Source: Patescibacteria group bacterium (GTDB lineage: Bacteria > Patescibacteriota > Patescibacteriia > Magasanikbacterales > GWA2-37-8). From it: DNA of 64,000 bases. Positions 28,265 to 37,389 of the stretch are shown one piece after another (within the stretch, counting starts at the first letter, position 1; each line of letters begins with the position of its first letter). The translations under genes were made by a program, and so were the position numbers. The stretch is from contig JBAZUP010000001.1 in NCBI GenBank assembly GCA_041661385.1, positions 418,560 through 482,559 on the forward strand, read 5' to 3'. Under the pieces are notes generated by a model that saw only the letters and a list, made by a program, of their open reading frames with translations, did not search any database and was not told the origin of the DNA.

Positions 28265-29077
28265 TTACTTTGTGGCAACAGTAATTAACTGTGGCGAATT
28301 ATCATTATACGGACTTCCGTCCCAATCCCCGTAACATGCAACCTCCTTAAAACCAACTCCTTTGCATAAATCTGTAAATTCTTTATCAGTATATAACCTT
28401 ACTGAATATGGTGTAAGTTCTTCTCTTTTACCGTCTTTTGTTATAAGAGTCCATTCACCGTCTTCTCTTTTTGTGGTCGTATTATAGCGGCGTTTTAGCT
28501 CTAATTCTTTACCGGATAAAAGTTTTCGAACCTGAAAATTCAATAGTTCACCACTAACTAACCGCGGTACGGTTACATGCGTATGCATCAAAAATTTACC
28601 ACCCGGCTTCAGAGCCTCAAAAAATTTTCTGGCAACTTCTTCGTTTTCCTTGTCCGAATCAAAAAAACCAAATGAATAAAACATATTAATCACGGCATCG
28701 AATTCATTTCTGAATTTCAGGTGTCGCATGTCATTTTTTATGAAACGACAATTCTCAATCTTTTTCTCAGATCTTTTATCTTCATCTAATTTTAAAAATC
28801 TTTCATTAATATCTGCACCGGTAACATTAAAACCTGCCTCTGCAAGTGCTAGCGAGTGTCTACCGTAACCACAGGGACAATCTAAAATTTTTGCACCCTT
28901 ATTTAACCCACATAATTTTGCCACACCGGAAATTTCATGGGTGGTCCTTAGCTGCAGGTTCAATGGTGAATTAAGATGTCCTTCGACGGAATCATCAGCT
29001 TCCTTATACAAATCTCCAAAAAAACCTCCATCGCTTTCCCACCACTCTGTTTGTTCTGTTTGCATAACTTGACCCAT
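28265..29077 (-). CDS. Class I SAM-dependent methyltransferase
   Basis: ILDCPCGYGRHSLALAEAGFNVTGADI (motif I), FDAVINMF (motif II) and LKPGGKFLM (motif III). Confidence 0.7.
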   Translation of the reverse strand: MGQVMQTEQTEWWESDGGFFGDLYKEADDSVEGHLNSPLNLQLRTTHEISGVAKLCGLNKGAKILDCPCGYGRHSLALAEAGFNVTGADINERFLKLDEDKRSEKKIENCRFIKNDMRHLKFRNEFDAVINMFYSFGFFDSDKENEEVARKFFEALKPGGKFLMHTHVTVPRLVSGELLNFQVRKLLSGKELELKRRYNTTTKREDGEWTLITKDGKREELTPYSVRLYTDKEFTDLCKGVGFKEVACYGDWDGSPYNDNSPQLITVATK

Positions 29078-29128
29078 ATATCTCTTTTTATTAATAAATA
29101 TTTTTAAAAATTATAAACTAAACAAGAT

Positions 29129-30214
29129 TTATTTACTGGTGACTTTTTCATATTCGACATTTCTGTTTAAAAAAGCATTAGCAATAATAAGAGCTTCTTT
29201 TTCAAGTGTACTTCCCGAACTTTTACTTTTTTTCAAAATTAGATCTAGACTTTTGGGAATTTTTTTAAGATCATTCAAAATCCTTTCTTCGTTTGGATTT
29301 TCATTTATATACTGATCTACCACACTCACGATACCACCCGAATTGGCCAAATAGTCCGGAACATACAAAATACCCAATTGATTTAATTTTTCTGCGATTT
29401 CCGGACTTGCTAATTGGTTATTTGCTGACCCGACCACTGCTCGACATTTTAATTCACTAACAGATTTTTCATTTAAAACACCACTAAGTGCCGAAGGGGA
29501 AAAAATATCAACTTCTTGTTTGTGAATCTCCTCTGCCCCAACCACCTTAAGAAATGGAAACTCGGCTAAAATTTTCTTTATTTTTACATCATCAATATCG
29601 GAAATAATTATATTTTTTACATTACTCTTTATTAAAAGCCTTAGTAATTCAGAACCTGTTTTACCAATTCCTTGAATTGCAAAACTGCGTTCCTTTACCT
29701 CACTTGTTCCAAATATTGATGATAATACCGACTCAATACAATATTTAACACCGATTGCCGTGTAGTAACCCGAGTTTACACCCATTCCAATAATAAATTG
29801 ACTTGCTTTACGTAAAATATCTAAATCATCATTACTCACACCTACATCCGTACCAGTGACAAATTTACCATTTAATTCATTTACCTGTTTGGCGTATGTG
29901 GTAAAGAATTTGTTCCGGTCTTTAATTCCGTCTTTTGGTAATACCAGAGCGGCCTTCGCACCGCCGAAGGGCATGCCGGCCAAGGCTGATTTATATGACA
30001 TTAATTTTGACAAACGCAACGCATCGCGCAAGGCTTCTTCATCGGTAGCGTATCTCCACAACCGGGTTGCACCAAGTGAAGGAAAACCATTATTGAGACG
30101 GTGGATTGCAATATATCCCTTCAAGCCAACGGACTCATCTTCAACTAAATAGACACCATAGTTCTCGTCGTACTCTTCAAATTTTTCCAAATACGATTTA
30201 TCTAAAATTTTCAT
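29129..30214 (-). CDS. Glu/Leu/Phe/Val dehydrogenase family amino-acid dehydrogenase (leucine-dehydrogenase-like)
   Basis: PFGGAKAALVL (catalytic Lys region) and a C-terminal NAD Rossmann fold (GIGKTGSEL...). 361 aa. Confidence 0.75.
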   Translation of the reverse strand: MKILDKSYLEKFEEYDENYGVYLVEDESVGLKGYIAIHRLNNGFPSLGATRLWRYATDEEALRDALRLSKLMSYKSALAGMPFGGAKAALVLPKDGIKDRNKFFTTYAKQVNELNGKFVTGTDVGVSNDDLDILRKASQFIIGMGVNSGYYTAIGVKYCIESVLSSIFGTSEVKERSFAIQGIGKTGSELLRLLIKSNVKNIIISDIDDVKIKKILAEFPFLKVVGAEEIHKQEVDIFSPSALSGVLNEKSVSELKCRAVVGSANNQLASPEIAEKLNQLGILYVPDYLANSGGIVSVVDQYINENPNEERILNDLKKIPKSLDLILKKSKSSGSTLEKEALIIANAFLNRNVEYEKVTSK

Positions 30215-30217
30215 ACT

Positions 30218-31927
30218 TTACATTTCTTCGACAGTTTCAATAGTTAAAATTGCTAACATGTTTTTCAAAACCTGGCGCACCGCCTGAGAAAGAACCAAGC
30301 GCGCCGAAGATAATTCTTTTGATTCCGCGCCGACAACTTTGTGCTTATTATAGAAGTTATTATAGGCCTGCGCAAGTTCAAAGACATAGCGCGCGATGGC
30401 TGAAGGATTATAATTTTCCAGTGCTTTTTCAATCACGGTCTCAACCTCCCCCATCATCAAAACCAAAGCCTTTTCTTCGGGGGCAACCAAAGCGCCAAAT
30501 TCCTTTCCGGCGGATATTTTTTCTTTTTTAGCTTTCGCTTCCAAACTATTGATACGGGCGATGGTATATAAAATATACGGCCCGCTAAAACCTTCAAACG
30601 AAGTTGCTTCTTTTAGATCAAAAACTGTATTCTTTACCGCTTCATGTTTTTGCATATCGAATTTCAGCGCTGCCTGAGTTAATATATTTGATGTCGCAAT
30701 GATTTTTTTCTTGGCCCAATCGGCATGGCGCTGTTTTGTTTCTTCAACTATTAGATCAAAAATTTGATCTCGTAAACTTTCATATAAAATCACATTGCCG
30801 CTACGTGAGGACATTTTGCCCTCCGGCAAATTTACGAGCCCATAGCTGAGGTGGGTTAACTTTTGCTTAAACCCAATCAATTCCAAGATTTTATAAAGTT
30901 GTTTGAAATAAAACTTTTGCTCTTCACCGGTGATAACAATACTCTCGTCTACCGGATATTTACTAAATTTTTGTTCGGCCAAAGGAATATCACTGGTTAA
31001 ATAAAGACCGACGCCGTTTGATTTGCGTAAAAGCGCTATATCCAAATTATATTCCGACAAATCCACGATAATCGCACCGCCCTCACCAACTTTCGCTATT
31101 CCTTTTTTTAAAAGCTCATCTACTCTAGCCTGTCCCATTGCTTTAATATCTTTTTCATAAAAAACCGCCATGTGCTTTACCCCGAGCTCTTCAAATAATT
31201 CATCAAACTTGTCGATACTCCATTTTCTGGTCTTGATAAACAGCGGCCAGATTTTTTTATCATTTGCTTCCAATTGTTTTTGTATTTCTTGAACTTCAAC
31301 TTCGCATTCCTGATGATCTTTTAAATAATGGCTCGCTTCGGCGTAAATTTCGCCCAGCCATTTCTGCTTATTGGCAGGGGCTTTTTCATCACCGTGAAAT
31401 TTTTTGAGTCCCCAAAGACATTTGGCGACATGCGAACCAAAATCATTTAAATAATTCACCGGATAAACCTTAACACCAGTTTTTTCATATAACTTAACCA
31501 ATGTATTGCCGATACAGACATTCCGAAAATGACCAATATGAAACTCTTTGTGAGTATTATTGGATGGGTACTCGATCATCACTTTTTTACCTTTGCCAAT
31601 TTCGGTTGAACCAAAATCATCGGTATTTTTTATTACTGATTTGATAACAAAGTTTGCAACCTGTGAAGAATTTAAGAAAAAATTTACATAAGGACCAAAG
31701 GCGGCAACTTTTTCAACTGTTGAATCAGGTTTTAATACACTGGAAATTTTGCTTGCGAGTTCAGTTGCTACCTCGTTTGGTTTTTTACCGGCTACTTTGG
31801 CAATATTAAAACAAGCAAACGCTACGTCACCCATTTCTGGTTTTGGCGGTACTGAAAAAGCCGCAGGATTATCCACCCCGGCTTGTTTTAACAGCTTCTC
31901 AATTTCCTCCTGAATCCCTCGTAGCAT
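30218..31927 (-). CDS. argS: Arginine--tRNA ligase
   Basis: Class I HIGH motif (FHIGHFRN). ArgRS N-terminal Add-1 and C-terminal DALR anticodon-binding regions. 569 aa. Confidence 0.9.
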   Translation of the reverse strand: MLRGIQEEIEKLLKQAGVDNPAAFSVPPKPEMGDVAFACFNIAKVAGKKPNEVATELASKISSVLKPDSTVEKVAAFGPYVNFFLNSSQVANFVIKSVIKNTDDFGSTEIGKGKKVMIEYPSNNTHKEFHIGHFRNVCIGNTLVKLYEKTGVKVYPVNYLNDFGSHVAKCLWGLKKFHGDEKAPANKQKWLGEIYAEASHYLKDHQECEVEVQEIQKQLEANDKKIWPLFIKTRKWSIDKFDELFEELGVKHMAVFYEKDIKAMGQARVDELLKKGIAKVGEGGAIIVDLSEYNLDIALLRKSNGVGLYLTSDIPLAEQKFSKYPVDESIVITGEEQKFYFKQLYKILELIGFKQKLTHLSYGLVNLPEGKMSSRSGNVILYESLRDQIFDLIVEETKQRHADWAKKKIIATSNILTQAALKFDMQKHEAVKNTVFDLKEATSFEGFSGPYILYTIARINSLEAKAKKEKISAGKEFGALVAPEEKALVLMMGEVETVIEKALENYNPSAIARYVFELAQAYNNFYNKHKVVGAESKELSSARLVLSQAVRQVLKNMLAILTIETVEEM

Positions 31928-31975
31928 AGCTTAAAATGTATCTAAATTATAACATTTTCACTGGGGATTGTCACT

Positions 31976-32004
31976 CTTGACTCCCGTCTTGGGGTTTGAT
32001 ATGC
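31976..32004 (+). promoter_or_regulatory. Sigma-70-type promoter of a plus-strand sRNA
   Basis: TTGACT (31976-31981), 17-nt spacer, TATGCT (31999-32004). Confidence 0.45.
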
Positions 32005-32010
32005 TTTTGA

Positions 32011-32232
32011 GGCAATACCCCCTACCAAAAGAAGTCAGCACGGCCGGAATAAGGTTGTGCCCATTAGATCGTTGAGGATACTCACCCCCCGCAGGGCAGC
32101 TTTGATTGCCCTATCTTCACCTCCTATTTGGGACCCAATCAACCTAATTCATTTCATGAAAGCCGACTTCTCCTTGGTAGGGGGCAGTCTAACTATAAAC
32201 CCCCACGACTAATAATCGTGGGGGATTTTTTT
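32011..32232 (+). ncRNA. Candidate ~220-nt structured sRNA (family not identified; 6S-like closing-stem architecture)
   Basis: Begins just after the promoter. A long-range helix pairs ccccctaccaaaagaagtc (32017-32035) with gacttctccttggtaggggg (32164-32183), enclosing internal hairpins. Ends in terminator aaacccccacgactaataatcgtgggggattttttt (32197-32232). No ORF. Both flanking genes are on the opposite strand. Confidence 0.35.
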
Positions 32233-32263
32233 ATAAAAAATTAAAAAAAATGGGAAAAAAATA

Positions 32264-32295
32264 ACCCGGACGATTGTCCGGATTCTTTTTCCTTC
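32264..32295 (-). terminator. tyrS terminator
   Basis: Minus-strand hairpin ccggacaatcgtccgg followed by a U-run. Confidence 0.5.
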
Positions 32296-32355
32296 CTTGC
32301 TAATATTATAGCACATTATGCTTTTATCATTTAGCTGCGGGTGTGGATAAGTATC

Positions 32356-33549
32356 CTATTTAACTTTTACAAAAAATCTTTTTCCTTTTTGTATCACATT
32401 ACCTTTTTTTACTTTTGCATCAATCGATTCAACTTTTACATCATCAATTTTTACGCCGCCTTGTTCAACCGCACGGCGCGCGTCGGATTTACTAAGCGAA
32501 AGACCGCTTTCAACCAATACCGTGAGCAAATCGTAAGCAGTCGGTTTTATTTCTAGAATATCGGCAGGTTTTTCTTTGTCTTGAATAACGCTGGAAAAAT
32601 GATCCTGTCCTTTTTTAGCCGCCACCTCACCCAAAAATGTTTTGGTAATCTCAAAGGCCAATCGCAATTTTAAATCACGCGGATTTACGCCTTTCTTAAG
32701 CTCTGTTTTCAATTCTTTTATTTCTTCGGTCGGCACTTTGGTGCAAAGTTCGAAACCGTTCATTATAATTCCATCACCCCAACGCATTACCCGGCCAAAC
32801 ATATCTTCCGGAGTATCGGCGAACGCAATCATATTACCTTCGCTCTTGCCCATTTTTTTACCGCTTTCATCAGCAAGAAGTTTTGTCGTCAAAACAAATT
32901 TTTCTTTTTTCTTTAAATCTTTCATGAGGTCGCGGCCGGCGAGCATATTAAATGTTTGATCATTGCCGCCAATTTCACCATCTACATCCATGGCGACACT
33001 GTCGTAACCCTGAACCAAGGGGTACATAAATTCATGCAAATATATTGGCTTTTGTTCCGTCATTCTTTTTTCAAACATGTCGCGTTCGAGCATGCGTTGA
33101 ACGGTAAAATGCGAGGAAAGCTCGAGGACATCTTCAAAAGAAAGCTTGTTGTTCCAGGTGCTATTATATTTTATTTCCGCCGGATTTTCACCGCCAAAAT
33201 CTAAAATTGTCGATGCTTGAGCCTTATAATTCCGACTATTTTCTTTTACCTGTTCCGTAGTTAATTTTTGTCTCACTGCTGTTTTATCGGTTGGGTCGCC
33301 AATCATGCCGGTAAAATCACCGATTAAAAATATTACTTTATGGCCTAATTCCTGGAATTGGCTTAGTTTTAACATTTGGATTCCATTTCCAATGTGGAGG
33401 GTCGGAGCGGTTGGGTCAAAACCACAATACAAAGTAAGCTGCTTGCCGGATTTAAGCGCTTTTTCTAGAAACTCGCGGGTCGGGTAAACCGCTTCCACTC
33501 CCCGAGTCAGCAACTCCTCAATTTTTTTTGCATCAGTATTTACCTTCAT
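32356..33549 (-). CDS. tyrS: Tyrosine--tRNA ligase
   Basis: HIGH-like (TLHIGN) and KMSKS-like (KMGKS) motifs. C-terminal S4 domain. 397 aa. Confidence 0.85.
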   Translation of the reverse strand: MKVNTDAKKIEELLTRGVEAVYPTREFLEKALKSGKQLTLYCGFDPTAPTLHIGNGIQMLKLSQFQELGHKVIFLIGDFTGMIGDPTDKTAVRQKLTTEQVKENSRNYKAQASTILDFGGENPAEIKYNSTWNNKLSFEDVLELSSHFTVQRMLERDMFEKRMTEQKPIYLHEFMYPLVQGYDSVAMDVDGEIGGNDQTFNMLAGRDLMKDLKKKEKFVLTTKLLADESGKKMGKSEGNMIAFADTPEDMFGRVMRWGDGIIMNGFELCTKVPTEEIKELKTELKKGVNPRDLKLRLAFEITKTFLGEVAAKKGQDHFSSVIQDKEKPADILEIKPTAYDLLTVLVESGLSLSKSDARRAVEQGGVKIDDVKVESIDAKVKKGNVIQKGKRFFVKVK

Positions 33550-33572
33550 ATTCTTACAATTAAATAAATTGC

Positions 33573-34488
33573 TTATTCAACTACTAAATTTATGTATCTT
33601 GCATGTCTCCTCAAATCTCTAAAGACCTCTTGCTCAATTTGTCTAATACGTTCTTTATTAAGATTCAAAATATCCCCAATCTCACTTAAGATATGCTCGT
33701 GTTTAAAATCTTCCTCTTTTATATCGCTTAGCTTTTTATATTTGTCTCTAAAAAATTTGATATTTATTATTATCTGTATTAAATTCAAAAAAATCATAAC
33801 CTAAACCAAGCCTTAAAGTAATCACTAAAACTTTTTCTACTGACAAACTTTTTAAATATGGAGTTAAATATTTCTCAACAATTTCCTTATTATACAACAC
33901 TTCAATTAAATCTTTCTCATGGTCAACCGTTGATTCATCAATAATATCTAATTGCTTCTTATAATTAGTGCTTGTTTTTTGATTATCGAGTGGACTTTCT
34001 TCCTCTGGAGCATTACGACCGGAAGGACCAAATTCACCGTTATAACTCATGCTTATAACTTTGCCCCGTCTGGATTGAGTTAAAAATTTTGTTAAAACTC
34101 TTTGAAAATCCTGCTCAAGATGCAAACCTAAATATGAGCTAAATTTTGCCCCTCGATCTTTTTCCCATTTTGAATATATTTTGAGCAGCCGAATATTTCC
34201 TTCAGAAATTAGATCTTGTCGTAATTGTTCTTTGTCTATTCCTTGTTCATTTAAAACTTTTGATGCTAAATTTGAACCTAAACATTTATCGGCTATAAAT
34301 GCAATAAAATAATGCATCCTGAGCACAAGCTTGCTTTCTAGCTCCTCCTTTTGCTTTCCGCTTACAGTTATTAATTTCTCAATAATATTTTCAGCTTCAC
34401 TTTCACTAAGCTCAATCGACCCTTCATCAAGGTTGTCTTTCGCTACTTTACTGATTAGGTTTGGGTTATGCTGCCTAAATTCTCCCAT
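33573..34488 (-). pseudogene. Sigma-70 family RNA polymerase sigma factor interrupted by a 1-nt frameshift in an A6/T6 homopolymer (two ORFs 33748..34488 and 33573..33797)
   Basis: The upstream ORF carries region 2 (LISEGNIRLLKIYSKWEKDRGAKFSSYLGLHLEQDFQRVL) and region 3/4.1 (VLVITLRLGLGYD). The downstream ORF carries region 4.2 (EHILSEIGDILNLNKERIRQIEQEVFRDLRR). Removing one A from the run at 33749-33754 joins them in frame (..KYQIF-RDKYKKLSDIKEEDFKHEHILSEIG..). Confidence 0.6.
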
Positions 34489-34491
34489 AAA

Positions 34492-37224
34492 TTAATTTAA
34501 AGATTTTAATTGTGCTTCAAATTTTAACAATTTATCTTTTACTTCCAGTAACTTAGCTTTTTCTTTTTCTACTACGACCGCAGGCGCGCGGGAAACAAAA
34601 TCAGCGTTGCTAAGCTTCGCTTCAAGGCCGGTGATATATTTTGTAACCGAATCAATTTCATCTTTCAAGCGCTTTGTTTCTTTCCCCTTATCAACCACAC
34701 CTTCAAAATCAACCGCAATCTCCATACCACCGGCCAAAAAGACTTTTTTACCATTATGATTTTCCATTTTTTCAGTTATGACTAGTTTTTCTAAACGCGC
34801 TAATTTCTCAATGATTCCGGCATTTTCAATGACCAATTTCTGATTTTTTTCCGGAACAATGACTGCCGATAGTAATTTAACAGCATCAATTTTATTTTCA
34901 CTGCGCCAAGACCGGATCGCGGTAACAACATTTTTTATTATTTCAAATTGAACCGCAGAATCAAATTTTTTCCTGCCAACTTTTGGCCATTTTTCAACCA
35001 TTAACAGCGCGTCACTTTCATATACTTCTTCCCAAATAGTTTCGGTAACAAATGGCATGAACGGATGCCAAAGTTTTAAAACAGTATTCAATAAATAATT
35101 TAAAACTAAAGACTTGCCGCCTTCAATTTTCGCAATTTCCAAATACCAATCGGCGAGCTCGCCCCAAGTAAAGTCACGCAAAATTTCACCGGCCATTGAA
35201 TAATTATAATTTTCAATTTGCGCCGTAACATCTTTGATTACATTTTGCATTTTTTCTAGAATCCAGGCATCGGCATCTGTTTTTGGCGCCGGCATCTTGA
35301 TGTCCTCGGACGGTTTTTCAATATTAATTAGCATGAAGCGAGAAATATTCCAAAGCTTGTTGGTAAAATTTCTGAAACCGGCAATTTTTTCTTCGGACAA
35401 CTTGAGATCAATACCTGGCGTACTGCCCAGCACCAAAGAAAGTCGGGTCGCATCGGTACCAAACTTCTCAATCATATCAAGCGGGTTGATTACATTTCCG
35501 AGACTTTTACTCATTTTTCTGCCTTGCTCATCACGCACTAAACCATGCAAATAAACCGTCTCAAATGGAATACAACCAAGCGTATAGGTAGTCATGAGAA
35601 TCATTCTCGCCACCCAGAAAAACAAAATATCATGACCGGTTTCCAAAACAGAAGTCGGATGAAAATTTTCTAAATCCCCATTTTCATCTGGCCAGCCTAA
35701 AGTTGAAAAAGTCCAAAGCCCGGAAGAAAACCAAGTATCGAGCGTATCTTTATCTTGCACCCAACCCTCGCCTTCCGGCGCATTTATTCCACAATATATT
35801 TCTTCTTTGCGATACCAAACCGGCACCTGATGACCATACCAAATTTGCCGGCTGATGTTCCAGGGTCGTAAATTATCAATCCAATGGAAATATGTTTTTT
35901 CGAATTGATTCGGGATAATCGTGATCTGTTTACTATTAACCACCTTTTGCATCAATTCTTTTAAAGTTACAGATGCTCCAGATTTTACACCTTTAATTTT
36001 TGATTCCTTTAGCTTAAACTTTTTATTTACATCAATAAACCATTGTAATTTTGGCAATGGTTCTACAATGTCGTTAAATCGATCGGAAGTACCAATATTT
36101 TGAATAATATCTTCTTCTTTTTCGAGCAATTTATGAACGCGGAGATTTTCTAAAATAACGGCCCGAGCTTTCTCAACTTCTAAATCGGAATAGGCCCCGG
36201 CCCGATGAGTCATTTTTCCATCTTCACCGATAACTTGAATCAAATCAATCGGGTTGCCGGCGGCTTTTTGTTTTTCATACATGGCAAAGTCAACGGCGCT
36301 GTGAGCCGGCGTTACGCCAAGCGCGCCAGTACCATAATTCATGTCGATACCGTCGTCGGCAATAATTTTTACCTTAATTTTTTCTCCGACAAATTCCAAA
36401 TCATAGGTTTTTCCAATAAATTGTTTGTAGCGCTTATCATCGGGGTGAACTGCAACCGCGGTATCGCCAAGCTTAGTTTCGGGCCGAGTGGTCGCAATCG
36501 TAATTGGAAAATCCTTAGAATATTTAAAATAATATAATTTTCCCGGGCGTTCGACATAAACCAATTCATCGTCGCTACAGGTAGATTGCCCTTTTACCGA
36601 CCAATTTATAACTCTAAACCCCCGGTAAATAAGCCCATCATCAAACATTTTTTTAAATACCGCTCGGACGGCGCGATTTCGCTGATCATCTAAAGTAAAG
36701 GCTTCTCGGCTCCAATCTAAACTCGCGCCCATTTTTTTACATTGATTTACAATTGTATCATGCGACTCTTTGGCAAATTTTCTCACTTCATTAAGAAATG
36801 CTTCTCTTCCCATTTCTTGTTTCGGTTTTGCCATTTTCTTTTCTTTAATCAAAATGCTTTCAACTTTTGATTCCGTAGCTATCGCGGCATGATCGGTTCC
36901 GGGTATCCAAAGCGTGCGATCACCCTTCATGCGATGATAGCGCACCATAATATCTTCAATCGCGAGCATGGCAGCATGACCCATGTGCAGGGTTCCGGTA
37001 ACATTTGGCGGAGGTAAGACAATTGAAAAATATGACGCATCTTTTTCGGTTACGCCAGCCTTAACACAAACATCCGGATTAAAAAAACCGCTTTCTTCCC
37101 AGCGTTTCCCGATTTTTTCTTCGTAATTCTTGGCTTCAAAAGCCTTTGGCAGATCCTTCATATTACTCTTTATATATACCGGTCTAATAGGTAATAGTGT
37201 ACTGAAAAATGGCCAAAATGGCAA
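34492..37224 (-). CDS. valS: Valine--tRNA ligase
   Basis: HIGH (TLHMGHA), KMSKS (KMSKSLGN), an editing domain and a C-terminal coiled-coil. 910 aa. Confidence 0.9.
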   Translation of the reverse strand: MPFWPFFSTLLPIRPVYIKSNMKDLPKAFEAKNYEEKIGKRWEESGFFNPDVCVKAGVTEKDASYFSIVLPPPNVTGTLHMGHAAMLAIEDIMVRYHRMKGDRTLWIPGTDHAAIATESKVESILIKEKKMAKPKQEMGREAFLNEVRKFAKESHDTIVNQCKKMGASLDWSREAFTLDDQRNRAVRAVFKKMFDDGLIYRGFRVINWSVKGQSTCSDDELVYVERPGKLYYFKYSKDFPITIATTRPETKLGDTAVAVHPDDKRYKQFIGKTYDLEFVGEKIKVKIIADDGIDMNYGTGALGVTPAHSAVDFAMYEKQKAAGNPIDLIQVIGEDGKMTHRAGAYSDLEVEKARAVILENLRVHKLLEKEEDIIQNIGTSDRFNDIVEPLPKLQWFIDVNKKFKLKESKIKGVKSGASVTLKELMQKVVNSKQITIIPNQFEKTYFHWIDNLRPWNISRQIWYGHQVPVWYRKEEIYCGINAPEGEGWVQDKDTLDTWFSSGLWTFSTLGWPDENGDLENFHPTSVLETGHDILFFWVARMILMTTYTLGCIPFETVYLHGLVRDEQGRKMSKSLGNVINPLDMIEKFGTDATRLSLVLGSTPGIDLKLSEEKIAGFRNFTNKLWNISRFMLINIEKPSEDIKMPAPKTDADAWILEKMQNVIKDVTAQIENYNYSMAGEILRDFTWGELADWYLEIAKIEGGKSLVLNYLLNTVLKLWHPFMPFVTETIWEEVYESDALLMVEKWPKVGRKKFDSAVQFEIIKNVVTAIRSWRSENKIDAVKLLSAVIVPEKNQKLVIENAGIIEKLARLEKLVITEKMENHNGKKVFLAGGMEIAVDFEGVVDKGKETKRLKDEIDSVTKYITGLEAKLSNADFVSRAPAVVVEKEKAKLLEVKDKLLKFEAQLKSLN

Positions 37225-37269
37225 GTTTTACTCATATTTAAAGGATTATTACATACACAATTAATAGCA

Positions 37270-37298
37270 TTGACAAAATGTGGCGATTCTGGTAATAT
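37270..37298 (+). promoter_or_regulatory. Near-consensus sigma-70 promoter for the DHH phosphoesterase gene
   Basis: TTGACA (37270-37275), 17-nt spacer, TAATAT (37293-37298). Confidence 0.5.
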
Positions 37299-37389
37299 TA
37301 CCAGCTGTCTAAACGGGTGCAAACGCACTAATTATCAATGAACAATCAACAAAATGTTGCTGATTGCTCATTGCTAATTTTAGAAATAC

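Noticed and set aside
24489-30214. Calling the operon a canonical TOMM/thiazole-oxazole RiPP cluster
   Set aside because: No YcaO cyclodehydratase and no obvious Cys/Ser/Thr-rich precursor peptide ORF are present in the window. Only the E1-like and SagB-like components are seen, so the cluster type is left open.
33573-33797. Treating the 74-aa ORF as an independent small regulator
   Set aside because: Its sequence is sigma-70 region 4.2. It overlaps the upstream ORF by 50 nt, and a 1-nt homopolymer correction fuses them, so it is the C-terminus of the frameshifted sigma factor.
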